A DNA stretch of 64,000 bases from an uncultured Candidatus Saccharibacteria bacterium (GCA_964544225.1 CAZIZK010000001.1:143477-207476), one strand, 5' to 3'; counted from the first letter of the stretch, positions 37,550-47,555 are shown. The notes: generated from the sequence alone by a model not told the origin. Translations and numbers: made by a program.

Positions 37550-39088
37550 ATGAGTGAAAACCTAAAAATAAATACGAGTAACATCCCGGATTATGTTACA
37601 CATGTAACAAATACACTCGAAAAAGCTGGTTTTGAGGCTTTCATCGTGGGTGGTTGTGTTCGTGATCTTATAATAAATAGGGTTCCAAAGGATTGGGATA
37701 TAACAACCAACGCTAATCCAGAGGAAATAATAGGTTTGTTTGAAAAGACTGTATACGAGAATACTTTCGGTACTGTTGCCGTATGTATACCTAAAATCAA
37801 TAAAATATCCGAAGATGTTTCAGGTGAAACATTAGAATCTGTTACACATGTAACAAAAGAGGCAGAAAGTAAGTATTATATCGTAGAAGTAACTCCATAC
37901 AGGAAAGAAGGGAAGTATACCGACAACAGGCACCCAGATAGCGTCCAATTCTCCCAAAACATAGGGGATGACCTCCAAAGGCGTGACTTTACTATCAATG
38001 CTATGGCTTTTAATAGTAAAGGACAGTTAATTGACCTTTATAAAGGACAAGAAGACCTAAAGGACAAGGTTATACGCACAGTGGGGGACCCAGATACAAG
38101 GTTCCAGGAAGATGCCTTGCGCCTGCTCCGAGCTATCCGATTTGCCACCGAGCTTGATTTTGCAGTTTCATATGAAACTATGGAGTCTATAGTAAGGAAT
38201 GCCGACTTGCTAGCCAATATATCAAAGGAGAGGGTGAGGGATGAATTCGTAAAGATAATAGCCAGTCGTAATGGGGCACAAGGTGTAGCCATGCTACAGA
38301 AGCTAGGCTTGATGAAACATATAATCCCCGAACTTGCAGAGGGTATAGGTTGTGACCAGGGTGGCGCACATATATATGATGTGTTTGAACACCTACTAGG
38401 TGCACTAGGCCACGCTATCGATAAGGGTTACTCGGTCCAGATCCGCCTGGCGGCACTGTTACACGACATAGGCAAGCCACGAACTCGCAGACCAGGGGTA
38501 AAGAAGGCGTACACATTCTACGGCCATGAAGTGGTGGGTGCCCGTATGACAAAGAAGATACTGGAAGGGTTAAAGTTCGATAAGCAAACTATAGACTTTG
38601 TTACCAATATGGTGCGCCGACACATGTTCTTCTCTGACACTGAGCAGATTACACTATCTGCAGTACGCAGGGTAATACAGAATGTAGGTCCGGAACATAT
38701 CTGGGAACTGATGGAGATCCGTGAGTGCGATAGGGTAGGTATGAAGAAGAACGAGGCTCCATACCGACTACGCAAGTACCACGCCATGATCGAAGAAGCT
38801 CTGCGTGACCCAATAAGTGTTAAACAGCTGAAAGTAGATGGCAAAATACTGATGGAAGAATTGGGTATCAAAGCCGGCCCACGTATGGGCTGGATACTCA
38901 ATGCATTACTAGAGGAAGTGCTAGATGACCCAAATAAAAATACCCGCGAGTACTTAGACGGCAGGGTAGGTGAGTTGGATAAATTGTCAGATACTGAGCT
39001 ATCAGCACTGGGTGAAAAAGCTAAAGAAAAGAAAGAGGAATTGGAAGGGGAAGAGGTAGCCAAACTTCACAAGAAGCATAAAGTATAA
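37550..39088 (+). CDS. cca: CCA tRNA nucleotidyltransferase with HD domain
   Basis: VGGCVRD, DWD, RRDFTINA, EDALRLLRA, ERVRDE and LHDIGKP motifs. Confidence 0.93.
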   Translation: MSENLKINTSNIPDYVTHVTNTLEKAGFEAFIVGGCVRDLIINRVPKDWDITTNANPEEIIGLFEKTVYENTFGTVAVCIPKINKISEDVSGETLESVTHVTKEAESKYYIVEVTPYRKEGKYTDNRHPDSVQFSQNIGDDLQRRDFTINAMAFNSKGQLIDLYKGQEDLKDKVIRTVGDPDTRFQEDALRLLRAIRFATELDFAVSYETMESIVRNADLLANISKERVRDEFVKIIASRNGAQGVAMLQKLGLMKHIIPELAEGIGCDQGGAHIYDVFEHLLGALGHAIDKGYSVQIRLAALLHDIGKPRTRRPGVKKAYTFYGHEVVGARMTKKILEGLKFDKQTIDFVTNMVRRHMFFSDTEQITLSAVRRVIQNVGPEHIWELMEIRECDRVGMKKNEAPYRLRKYHAMIEEALRDPISVKQLKVDGKILMEELGIKAGPRMGWILNALLEEVLDDPNKNTREYLDGRVGELDKLSDTELSALGEKAKEKKEELEGEEVAKLHKKHKV

Positions 39089-39138
39089 AACAGCAAAATA
39101 AAAAGCCTGGTTATACAGACCAGGCTTTTTGTTTTGAT

Positions 39139-39255
39139 TCACACTTTTTTATTTTTTTCGGTTATTTTAAATATTAAAAAACCAATTAGATACAAAAGTG
39201 TATATCCTAAAGCACACAACATTAGCATGACTATAGGACTTACTTGATGGTTCAT
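39139..39255 (-). CDS. 38-aa single-TM small protein (absent from the ORF track)
   Basis: MNHQVSPIVMLMLCALGYTLLYLIGFLIFKITEKNKKV*; starts 2 nt after the upstream stop, terminator at ~39101-39130. Confidence 0.6.
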   Translation of the reverse strand: MNHQVSPIVMLMLCALGYTLLYLIGFLIFKITEKNKKV

Positions 39256-39257
39256 AA

Positions 39258-39581
39258 CTACATTCTTTCTATTTGTATGCACAAATCAGCATCTTTAATA
39301 CTTACAGTTACTTTTTTTGTGCCCATGTCTAAACAATAAGGAACACCTGATGTTTTATACAAAAATTTCAGGTTTATAATATTTTGCTCACTAAGCAAAA
39401 CTTTACCAAAACTTGAGTCTATATTCTGATAATTTAGGATATAGCTCTCTTGATTTATAGAAAACCAACACATAGTGGGGTATTTCGACATGTCTTTACG
39501 AAGTATCTTATTTTGAAATATCATCAAAATAGCCTTTAATGCAGAAGCATATCCTTGCGGAATTTTTTTGTTCATATTCAT
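39258..39581 (-). CDS. Hypothetical protein
   Basis: AT-rich ORF with TTGACA-17-TAAAGT promoter upstream. Confidence 0.55.
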   Translation of the reverse strand: MNMNKKIPQGYASALKAILMIFQNKILRKDMSKYPTMCWFSINQESYILNYQNIDSSFGKVLLSEQNIINLKFLYKTSGVPYCLDMGTKKVTVSIKDADLCIQIERM

Positions 39582-39638
39582 GATTGAAAATTTATATTTA
39601 TCCAAACTTTACCCCTATTTTAATAGCATGTCAACAAC

Positions 39639-39673
39639 ACAAAATCCCCTAGGTATTGCCTAGGGGATTTTGT
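39639..39673. terminator. Hairpin terminator (CCCCTAGG family)
   Basis: ACAAAATCCCCTAGG-tattg-CCTAGGGGATTTTGT. Confidence 0.8.
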
Positions 39674-39686
39674 TAAAAAAATGAAT

Positions 39687-40292
39687 TTATTTTACAGGAA
39701 CAGTAACTGTAAGTTCCACAACTTCATTTGCAAATTTCTGAACTATGCCGAAATCTTTCATGTTTATGTTGAAATTAGATACGTATTGCATGCCATCTTT
39801 CTTTGCTGGCAAAGTAACATTTTTTGTAACACCATGAACTGTTAGCAATCCTGAGATGTTGGTATTAGTGAAAGAAGTAATCTTGAATGTTGCTTTTGGG
39901 TAGACAGCTACATCAAAGAAGTCTGCGCTCTTTAGATGATTTTGCAATTTTTCACTATCTGGAGCTTGTAGTGTGGTCATATCAACCTCGATACTACCAG
40001 TCAACTTGTTGTCTGTAAATGCTAAATTAGAATTGATTGTTCCAAAGCTTCCAACGTGTGACTTATCAGGGCCAAAACCTTTAAAAGATATCTTTACATT
40101 GGCATTATCAACCATTAGTCCAACCTTGTTTGTATTTGTAGTATCTGTCTTTATTTCAGATGGATCTTCGCTAACACTAGTAACATCAGTAACAACAGCG
40201 GTAGGGATACTAGTATCTGGCTGTGGACGATTTGCCCACCATATTACGCCTGCTAAAACTAAAATAACTAAAACAATGATTATTTTCTTCAT
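39687..40292 (-). CDS. YceI family lipid/polyisoprenoid-binding protein
   Basis: N-terminal anchor; HLKSADFFDV..YP.A.F and G.LT.HGVTK motifs. Confidence 0.92.
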   Translation of the reverse strand: MKKIIIVLVILVLAGVIWWANRPQPDTSIPTAVVTDVTSVSEDPSEIKTDTTNTNKVGLMVDNANVKISFKGFGPDKSHVGSFGTINSNLAFTDNKLTGSIEVDMTTLQAPDSEKLQNHLKSADFFDVAVYPKATFKITSFTNTNISGLLTVHGVTKNVTLPAKKDGMQYVSNFNINMKDFGIVQKFANEVVELTVTVPVK

Positions 40293-40412
40293 AAGAATAT
40301 TTAAAAAATTATTAATATATGTTTATTATACTATAAAAAATAGGGGATTCTCATGCTGGACAAAATACACCTTTTGTGTTATACTAGATACAAATATATA
40401 ATACCTTAAAAA

Positions 40413-40910
40413 ATGAAAAATCTAAAAAACTTCGTCTTGGCAGTCGAGATATTCCTGTCAAAAAAAGTGTTTGCCTACCTATTTCTAGGCTTTTCAGTTG
40501 TAACACTGTTCTATGTAGTAAAATCCTGGACAAATACTCCAGAAATGCAACAGTTGTTGTGGCTAAGTCTTACAAAAATGTGGTTAGCAATTCCTTTTTT
40601 AGCATTTCATGTTATGCAACTAATTGCATATCATGAAAAAAGCCAGTACCCTGGTATCAATCCAAAAATAAGTATATTTAGCAGTAGGACCATCGCGTTC
40701 AGCTATCTAGCATATATTTCTGGAATAGGTTTATTTTTTGCTGTATTTCTCGGATGTAAAGCATATAATTTTTACATCAACATAGACAACGAAGAAAGAA
40801 AACCTATTATTACGTGGTTCATCTGGGATTGTGTTGCAGTTATAACGATAAGTTTGATTGCATACAATATGTCAAATCATGTAACCATGGAGGATATCCT
40901 AGGTTATTAA
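40413..40910 (+). CDS. Hypothetical four-TM membrane protein
   Basis: Four hydrophobic segments; own promoter TGGACA-17-TATACT. Confidence 0.65.
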   Translation: MKNLKNFVLAVEIFLSKKVFAYLFLGFSVVTLFYVVKSWTNTPEMQQLLWLSLTKMWLAIPFLAFHVMQLIAYHEKSQYPGINPKISIFSSRTIAFSYLAYISGIGLFFAVFLGCKAYNFYINIDNEERKPIITWFIWDCVAVITISLIAYNMSNHVTMEDILGY

Positions 40911-40955
40911 AAAACATTTCAAATTTGATAAAGCTCCAGCTACTGGGGCTTTTTT

Positions 40956-41750
40956 TTATTTTAGCTCGAGGATGATAGGGCAGTGGTCGGACCCCATGTA
41001 GTCAGAGAGCATTTTTGACTCAACAACTTTCTTCATCAGATTTGCAGATACAAAGAAATAATCAATACGCCAACCCACATTTCGGGTACGTGAAGCTGTC
41101 TTCTGATCCCAATACGTATACATGTCCTTTGCATTTGGATAAAGTGTTCGAAATGTATCGACATAGCCGGCCTTGATCACCTTTGTTATCCATGCACGCT
41201 CGATAGGAAGGAAGCCTGTGTTCTCCTCGTTTGCTTTTGGCCGAGCAAGATCTACTTCGGTATGTGCAGTGTTCACATCACCAGTAAATATTATTGCATA
41301 ACCCAATTTCTTTTTCTTCTCTATAAATTTCAGGAATGCTTCGTAGAATTTCAATTTGTATTCCAGGCGGTGTGGACCCTGACCACCGTTCGGGTAGTAG
41401 CCATTGATCAGAACTGTCTTACTCTTTGTACTACCTAAACCTTTGTTGAAATACAATATAACTAGTCGGCCTTCTTGGTCCAACTCTTTGATACCCATTC
41501 CGTATTCCACTTTGTCGGGCATCACCTTTGTATACACCGCCACACCACTATAACCTTTACGTTCAAGTGAAGGGGATAGGTAGAAATGATAATCTTTGAA
41601 ATTTATTATCTCTTTTGGTAGCTGATCCATCTCGCTCTTTGTCTCTTGAAGGCAGACAATGTCGGGCGTGTATTTAGTAAACAGTGACTCAAAGTGCCCC
41701 TGCTTCACAGTAGCCCGTAATCCATTTGTATTCCAAGATATGATTTTCAT
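40956..41750 (-). CDS. xth: Exodeoxyribonuclease III
   Basis: SWNTNG, LQETK, GYSGV, GDVNTAH, GWRIDY and GSDHCP motifs. Confidence 0.97.
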   Translation of the reverse strand: MKIISWNTNGLRATVKQGHFESLFTKYTPDIVCLQETKSEMDQLPKEIINFKDYHFYLSPSLERKGYSGVAVYTKVMPDKVEYGMGIKELDQEGRLVILYFNKGLGSTKSKTVLINGYYPNGGQGPHRLEYKLKFYEAFLKFIEKKKKLGYAIIFTGDVNTAHTEVDLARPKANEENTGFLPIERAWITKVIKAGYVDTFRTLYPNAKDMYTYWDQKTASRTRNVGWRIDYFFVSANLMKKVVESKMLSDYMGSDHCPIILELK

Positions 41751-41767
41751 AAAAACATTATACCTTT

Positions 41768-42727
41768 TTATTTCTTCCCGTGGAATTTCTTGTGGATTTC
41801 ACGAAGTTGTTTGTCAGTCACGTGCGTATATATCTGTGTAGTTGCAATATTGGCATGGCCGAGCATCATCTGCACGCTACGTATATCGGCGCCGTTCTCT
41901 AGTAAGTCAGTGGCAAAGCTGTGGCGGATAACGTGCGGAGTCACCTTCTTTGATATACCAGCAACGATAGCATAGTGTGCAACTATACGCTCTATGGATC
42001 GGGGAGTCAGGCGCCCTGTACCTTTTTTATTATTAGACTGTTGGATAAACATAGGTTCGTCCATGTCACGGCGGTTCTTTAGATAGCTACGTATGGCATC
42101 TTTTGCAGAATCAGACAGGAAGACCACACGCACCTTCTCGCCCTTACCACGGATAGAGAACTCGTCTTTCGACAAATCTAGATCACGGTTCAGCGAACAT
42201 AGTTCGGATAGACGAAGCCCTGTCGAGAAGAACAGTTCAAGTATCGCTTTGTCGCGTAGGCACTTCAAAGCTTCTGAGTTTGAATCCTTATTTACTTTTG
42301 AGTCCAACTTATTTAGTACCTGGCTCGGTGCATTCAAAAGCCGAGATAACTCGTCGCCAGATATGAGGTCCAGGTGCCTGCCAGTAACTTTAGCAAGCTC
42401 GATCCTATCTGGGGCAAGCGATGTAACACCACGTTTCATCAGATATTTCAGAAATGCGCGCAATGCAATGAGGTGATAGTTCTGAGTGTTCTTCTTTAGT
42501 GTGGCACTTTGCTGGCCTTTTACCTTTACCCCTGGGAGCCTGTTGATATGTAGGCGGAATTCGCGAACAGTATTGTCAGTTATGTCCTTTGGGACTGTAA
42601 TTTTACCAACTTCGAAGAAGCGAGTAAGGTAGTGGTCATAATTACGAACAGTCAGGAGGCTGTTGCCTTTCTCGATCTCTACATGTTCGAGGAACTCACG
42701 TTTCAATTGTTCAATAGATGTTGCCAT
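41768..42727 (-). CDS. Tyrosine recombinase, XerC/XerD family
   Basis: Catalytic residues R (GLRLSEL), K (GKGEK), H-x-x-R (HVIRH), H (LGH) and Y (TQIY). Confidence 0.93.
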   Translation of the reverse strand: MATSIEQLKREFLEHVEIEKGNSLLTVRNYDHYLTRFFEVGKITVPKDITDNTVREFRLHINRLPGVKVKGQQSATLKKNTQNYHLIALRAFLKYLMKRGVTSLAPDRIELAKVTGRHLDLISGDELSRLLNAPSQVLNKLDSKVNKDSNSEALKCLRDKAILELFFSTGLRLSELCSLNRDLDLSKDEFSIRGKGEKVRVVFLSDSAKDAIRSYLKNRRDMDEPMFIQQSNNKKGTGRLTPRSIERIVAHYAIVAGISKKVTPHVIRHSFATDLLENGADIRSVQMMLGHANIATTQIYTHVTDKQLREIHKKFHGKK

Positions 42728-42814
42728 ATCAATGTCGTAAAACAATTATAGCATGAAAATAGTCTGCCAGGGCAGGCTATTGCAATTTTTAGCAATATAT
42801 GCTATTATGTGCCC

Positions 42815-43075
42815 ATGTTAACAACAAAGAAAAAGCAGAATATCATTAAGAAAAACCAAGTTCATGACACTGATACTGGTTCTCCTGAGGTTCAGATCGC
42901 TATGCTTTCAGAGCGTATTGACGAACTAGCTACTCACTTAAAGAAGCACAAGAAGGATAATCACTCACGACGCGGACTTATAAAGATGGTTGCTGACCGC
43001 CGTGGTCACCTAAAGCACCTCGAGAAGTCTGACAAGACTCGTCACACACAAGCTCTCAAGAAAATTAAAGCTTAA
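42815..43075 (+). CDS. rpsO: 30S ribosomal protein S15
   Basis: DTGSPEVQIA and HKKDNHSRRGL motifs. Confidence 0.99.
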   Translation: MLTTKKKQNIIKKNQVHDTDTGSPEVQIAMLSERIDELATHLKKHKKDNHSRRGLIKMVADRRGHLKHLEKSDKTRHTQALKKIKA

Positions 43076-43107
43076 ATGAAAAACTCCTGCAAGGGAGTTT
43101 TTCATTT
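43074..43107 (+). terminator. Terminator after rpsO
   Basis: AAATGAAAAACTCC-tgcaag-GGAGTTTTTCATTT. Confidence 0.8.
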
Positions 43108-43163
43108 TGTGGTACAATTACCTTATCGGGGTAATATTTTATATTTAAAGATTACAAATAATT

Positions 43164-43667
43164 ATGATAATCAAACACAAAGAACAACGCGTAGGGGTAT
43201 TCATTGATACATCGAACTTATACCACAGCGCAAAGAATTTATATAAGAAGAAGGTCAATTTCGGCCAAGTATTAAAAGACGCAGTAGCAGACAGAAAGCT
43301 CGTGCGTGCAACAGCATATGTGATCACCAGCGAAGGTGGCGACGAGAAGAACTTTTTCGACGCATTGACCAAGCTCGGTATAGAAACAAAGACAAAAGAA
43401 CTCCAGATATTCGCTGGTGGTGCAAAGAAGGGCGACTGGGATGTGGGTATCACAGTCGATGTTATAAAGATGTCACAGAGACTTGACGCAGTAGTATTGG
43501 TAACCGGCGACGGTGACTATGTACCACTTGTAGAATACCTGCAAGCACAACTCGTACAGGTAGAGGTGGTGTCTTTTGGTAAGTCTACTTCTATGAAGCT
43601 AAAGGAGGTGGCCGACGACTTCATCGACTTGTCAAAGAACCCTCGCAAATACTTAATAGGTAGGTAA
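43164..43667 (+). CDS. NYN domain (LabA/DUF88) protein
   Basis: FIDTSN, KGDWDV and TGDGDY motifs. Confidence 0.93.
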   Translation: MIIKHKEQRVGVFIDTSNLYHSAKNLYKKKVNFGQVLKDAVADRKLVRATAYVITSEGGDEKNFFDALTKLGIETKTKELQIFAGGAKKGDWDVGITVDVIKMSQRLDAVVLVTGDGDYVPLVEYLQAQLVQVEVVSFGKSTSMKLKEVADDFIDLSKNPRKYLIGR

Positions 43668-43675
43668 ATACATTT

Positions 43676-44539
43676 ATGGAAGCATTGTTACCTGTCACAT
43701 ACACACATGACATATCCGACATACATTCGGGTGGATTTTCTGTACAAGATGAGGTGACACTAGGGATAGAGGCCGGGACTCTATCTGTGCAGATAAACAC
43801 TTTGCACGAGTTAGTAACACTGCATCGAATAAATATAGGAAAGAATTTAGAAAAGTATAAAGAATTATGCATAATAAAAAGTGAGGAATATGCTGAAGTG
43901 AAACCAGGTGTGTTCGTACACAATACTGCTACCGTAGATGACCAAGTAGTTTTCAATACAACAAATGGAATCATAGTAGTAGAGGAAGGTGTGCACATAA
44001 ATCCATTTACATATCTAGCTGGCCCACTACGCATAGACAAACACGCAACAATAAACCCACTTACCAATATTTCTGGAAGTTATATTGGTAAGTTCTGCAA
44101 AGTGGGTGGTGAAGTAGCAAACAGTGTTATAGAAGAGTACAGCAACAAAGGCCATTATGGATATGTGGGTGACAGCTTCATAGGTAGCTGGGTGAACTTG
44201 GGTGGGGGGACATCGACTTCAAACCTAAAGAATACTTATGGTACTATAAAAATGAATGGTGTTGATACAGGCGAACAATTCCTCGGATCTATCATTTGTG
44301 ATTATGTGAAGACTGCAGTGAACACCAGCATATATACTGGCAAAGTAATAGGGGTAGGGAGTCATATATATGGAACTGTTACAAGTGATGTGGAAAATTG
44401 TGTAAATTATTATTCCAAAGATAACATAACAAATATACCGATAGAAGTAATAGAAAAAACTGCAAAAAGGATGATGGCGCGCCGTGGGGTAGAATACACA
44501 AATGATGATAAGGAAAAATTAGAATTAATTTATAAATAA
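43676..44539 (+). CDS. GlmU-like left-handed beta-helix acetyltransferase (no recognisable nucleotidyltransferase domain)
   Basis: CKVGGEV..S.I..YSNKGH.G..GDS.IG.WVNLG...SNLKN hexapeptide-repeat region. Confidence 0.75.
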   Translation: MEALLPVTYTHDISDIHSGGFSVQDEVTLGIEAGTLSVQINTLHELVTLHRINIGKNLEKYKELCIIKSEEYAEVKPGVFVHNTATVDDQVVFNTTNGIIVVEEGVHINPFTYLAGPLRIDKHATINPLTNISGSYIGKFCKVGGEVANSVIEEYSNKGHYGYVGDSFIGSWVNLGGGTSTSNLKNTYGTIKMNGVDTGEQFLGSIICDYVKTAVNTSIYTGKVIGVGSHIYGTVTSDVENCVNYYSKDNITNIPIEVIEKTAKRMMARRGVEYTNDDKEKLELIYK

Positions 44540-44546
44540 AAATATT

Positions 44547-45488
44547 ATGACAAAAGTTTTAATAATGGGTGCGTGTGGTCAGATAGGGGTAGAGTTAACA
44601 TTGGCACTCAGGAAGATCCATGGCGATGCCAATGTGATAGCAAGCGATATAAAGGAGAACCACCCACTACTTGCATCTGGGCCATTCGTACAACTCGACG
44701 CAACTGATGCTGTGAAGACCAAGGGTATAGTAGAGGAGAACGGTATCACTGAAATATATTTACTAGCAGCACTACTTTCTGCCACAGGTGAGCAGAACCC
44801 AAAGCTCTGCTGGGATCTAAACATGGCAAGCCTTCGCCAAGTGCTGGACCTGGGAGTAGAGAAGAATTTGAAGATATTCTGGCCTTCATCTATAGCAGTA
44901 TTCGGCGCTACAACACCGAGAGATAATACAGCTCAGAAGACTATAATAGAACCAACAACTATGTATGGTGTTACTAAATACGCAGGTGAACTACTATGCC
45001 AATACTATGCGAACCGTTATAGTTTGGATGTACGTTCTGTTCGCTACCCAGGGCTCATAAGTTGGAAGTCAGCCCCAGGTGGTGGAACTACCGATTACGC
45101 TGTTGAGATATTCTACGAAGCGATAAAGAATAATAAATACACAAGCTTCCTCTCAGAAAATAGCTACCTACCTATGATGTATATGGACGATGCCATCCGT
45201 GCAACTATCGAGCTAATGCAGGCAGATAAGAGCAAGCTATCTACACACATGTCATACAACTTATCTGCGATAAGCTTCTCTCCAAAAGAAATTGCCGAAG
45301 AAGTAGCGAAGCATATGCCAGGTTTTGAAATATCATATGCACCAGACCACAGGCAAAAAATTGCCGACGGTTGGCCAGCAAGTATAGACGACACTTTGGC
45401 CCGCACCGACTGGGGCTGGAAGCATGAATTTGATCTAGCCAAAATGACTGAAGTAATGTTGATAAATTTAAAAGAGAAATTAAAGTAA
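44547..45488 (+). CDS. tdh: SDR-type L-threonine 3-dehydrogenase
   Basis: GACGQIG, LLSATGE, PSSIAVFG, YGVTK and PGGGTTDYAV motifs; adjacent to kbl. Confidence 0.9.
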   Translation: MTKVLIMGACGQIGVELTLALRKIHGDANVIASDIKENHPLLASGPFVQLDATDAVKTKGIVEENGITEIYLLAALLSATGEQNPKLCWDLNMASLRQVLDLGVEKNLKIFWPSSIAVFGATTPRDNTAQKTIIEPTTMYGVTKYAGELLCQYYANRYSLDVRSVRYPGLISWKSAPGGGTTDYAVEIFYEAIKNNKYTSFLSENSYLPMMYMDDAIRATIELMQADKSKLSTHMSYNLSAISFSPKEIAEEVAKHMPGFEISYAPDHRQKIADGWPASIDDTLARTDWGWKHEFDLAKMTEVMLINLKEKLK

Positions 45489-45494
45489 AGAGTT

Positions 45495-45622
45495 AATTTA
45501 AATCTTTACTTGGCATATCTTTTCTTTGGGTACGGATTTTTTGAAGCTTAAAAAATCCTGAAGTTTGCTCGCCGTCGCTCGCAAAACCCCCTCGAAAAGA
45601 TACGCCTGCGATGATTTAAATT
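45495..45622 (-). repeat. Multi-branched palindromic element, copy B
   Basis: Reverse complement carries AGGGGGTTTTGCGAGCGACGGCGAGCAAACTTCAGGA...AAAAAATCCGTACCC, near-identical to 53626-53743; outer IR AATTTAAATC/GATTTAAATT. Confidence 0.8.
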
Positions 45623-45647
45623 GGTAAAAATTTTATAATATAAAAAT

Positions 45648-46856
45648 ATGTATACAAAAAAGATAAAAGATTTTATAGAAGGTGATTTGCAAGCAATAAA
45701 AAATGCTGGCAAGTTCAAGGTGGAGAAGGTGATAGATGGTGCCCAAGGTACACATGTAAATGTCGGGGGTAAAGATTTGATAATGTTCGCTTCGAATAAT
45801 TATCTAGGTATGGCCAACCACCCAACACTGGTTGAAGCTGCAAAGAAAGGTTTGGATCAATACGGCTTTGGCACAGCATCAGTCCGCTTCCTATCCGGTA
45901 CACAGACAATCCACCACGAGCTGGAGCAGAGGATTGCCAAATTCATCGGCACCGAAGATGCCATAGTTTACTCTACGAACTTCATGGCGAACCTAGGGCT
46001 CTTTGCAACATTGGTAAATGAAAGTTTTGGTGCGACTGAGCCATGGAAAGATGTCATATATAGTGATGCCAACAATCATGCATCTATCATAGACGCATTT
46101 AAACTTTGCAAAAAAGAAAATCTGGATAAAAGGATCTACAAAGGTGGTGACCTAGATATGCTGGCACAAATGTTGGAAGAAGATAAAGATAAAAATTATA
46201 GAAATAAAATAATAGCAACCGATGGCATATTCAGCATGGAGGGGACAATGACTAACCTACCAAAGTTAATCGAGCTTGCAAACAAATACGAGGCATTACT
46301 GTTCGTAGACGATGCGCACGGTGTGGGTGTAGTGGGCGAACATGGCCGTGGAACTGCCGAGGCACAAAATGTATTAGGGCAAATCGATATTATCAGTGGA
46401 ACCTTCGGCAAGGCTCTCGGTGGTGCTGTCGGTGGATACATTGGTGGAAGTAGTGCACTTGTAGAACTACTTCGCCAGAAATCTCGCACATACCTTTTCT
46501 CCAACGCATTGCCAGCAAGTGTGGCACTAGCGGGTATCGCATCATTAGATTTACTCGAATCAAACAATAATCTAACAAATAACGTAAAAGAGTCTGCACT
46601 ATATTTCCGCCAGAAATTAGAAGAGAACGATCTTCCAACACTACCAGGCAATCATGCTATCGTGCCACTGATGATAGGTGATGCGAGCCGTGCAAGCGAA
46701 TTATCAAAGAAATTGTACGAAGAGGGTATCTATGCTGTTTCACTCTCATTCCCGGTTGTACCAGAGGGTGAAGCCCGCATCCGCTTCCAACTATCGGCCC
46801 TACATACAAAAGACGATATCGACAAAGCAATCGAAGCAATAAAAAAAGTTTGGTAA
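45648..46856 (+). CDS. kbl: Glycine C-acetyltransferase (2-amino-3-ketobutyrate CoA ligase)
   Basis: FASNNYLG, NHASIID, TDGIFSMEG, DDAHG and GTFGKA (PLP lysine) motifs. Confidence 0.92.
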   Translation: MYTKKIKDFIEGDLQAIKNAGKFKVEKVIDGAQGTHVNVGGKDLIMFASNNYLGMANHPTLVEAAKKGLDQYGFGTASVRFLSGTQTIHHELEQRIAKFIGTEDAIVYSTNFMANLGLFATLVNESFGATEPWKDVIYSDANNHASIIDAFKLCKKENLDKRIYKGGDLDMLAQMLEEDKDKNYRNKIIATDGIFSMEGTMTNLPKLIELANKYEALLFVDDAHGVGVVGEHGRGTAEAQNVLGQIDIISGTFGKALGGAVGGYIGGSSALVELLRQKSRTYLFSNALPASVALAGIASLDLLESNNNLTNNVKESALYFRQKLEENDLPTLPGNHAIVPLMIGDASRASELSKKLYEEGIYAVSLSFPVVPEGEARIRFQLSALHTKDDIDKAIEAIKKVW

Positions 46857-46867
46857 ACAATTAATTA

Positions 46868-46908
46868 AAATAAAATTCCCCTAGGCCTTACCTAGGGGAA
46901 TTTTATTT
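46868..46908. terminator. Bidirectional hairpin (CCCCTAGG family)
   Basis: AAATAAAATTCCCCTAGG-cctta-CCTAGGGGAATTTTATTT. Confidence 0.82.
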
Positions 46909-47481
46909 AGCTTTTTTCTTAAAATATTTTCTTAAAGCAAGAATTGTCATACCACTATCAAAAATACAGAAGTATGTAACAAATAAATAATCTTTAAAAT
47001 TATGACCTGTGGTAGATAATAGTGCTACTATACTTGCAAGAGCAAACAAACCCCAGAAAGGGATATTTTCACTTTCTGGTTTTTTAATCGCACGGACAAC
47101 AGTAGGCAGTGAACCAATAGAATGGGCAATAAGTCCTATAAAAAGATTTAAAACCGGAATATCGGTAAAAACCCACAGGATAAAACTAATTATTAAAAGG
47201 ATTGTTGAAATAGTTTCAGTTTTACCCCAAAGATTTTCTGCTCTCCTAAAAATAGCTCCAACAAATACAAGTAGGGAACCAAGAAGAGTAACCCAAGCAA
47301 GCACAGTGGTGGAAACTTGGTTACCAAGCTTAAGTACACTTGCAAGATTATTTACGGCCAAACAAAGAAATACTGTTCGGGTAAATAAATTTGGGCGATA
47401 CCCACCCCTAAAAATAGCTTTAAATCCAATAAGATAGGAAGCGGAAGCAAGAAGTCCAATTAAAATATAAGTTGAATTCAT
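46903..47481 (-). CDS. Hypothetical multi-pass membrane protein
   Basis: About 7 TM segments; SLPTV....KP.SE pattern. Confidence 0.7.
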   Translation of the reverse strand: MNSTYILIGLLASASYLIGFKAIFRGGYRPNLFTRTVFLCLAVNNLASVLKLGNQVSTTVLAWVTLLGSLLVFVGAIFRRAENLWGKTETISTILLIISFILWVFTDIPVLNLFIGLIAHSIGSLPTVVRAIKKPESENIPFWGLFALASIVALLSTTGHNFKDYLFVTYFCIFDSGMTILALRKYFKKKAK

Positions 47482-47516
47482 AAAAATTATTATACCAAAA
47501 TTAAAAGAAATAGTAT

Positions 47517-47549
47517 TGTATTGACATTGTCATTACAGAGGTATATACT
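47517..47549 (+). promoter_or_regulatory. TA operon promoter with overlapping palindromic operator
   Basis: TTGACA-17-TATACT; imperfect palindrome TGTATTGACA-T-TGTCATTACA covers the -35. Confidence 0.7.
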
Positions 47550-47555
47550 ATAAAT

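Larger units (their letters stand above)
36989..38179. promoter_or_regulatory. Cluster of six parS-like palindromes
   Basis: 36989 TGTTACATGTGTAACC; 37013 TGTGCCACGTGAAACA; 37594 and 37840 TGTTACACATGTAACA; 37816 TGTTTCAGGTGAAACA; 38164 AGTTTCATATGAAACT; consensus parS is TGTTTCACGTGAAACA. Confidence 0.7.

Noticed and set aside
41768-42727. Recombinase as a phage or integron integrase
   Set aside because: Xer-like size and motifs, housekeeping neighbours, no integron-specific insertion or att sites seen
45495-45622. Palindromic elements as hammerhead or pistol ribozymes
   Set aside because: CTGAAG is present but not a CUGANGA...GAAA core, and no pistol pseudoknot is evident by eye
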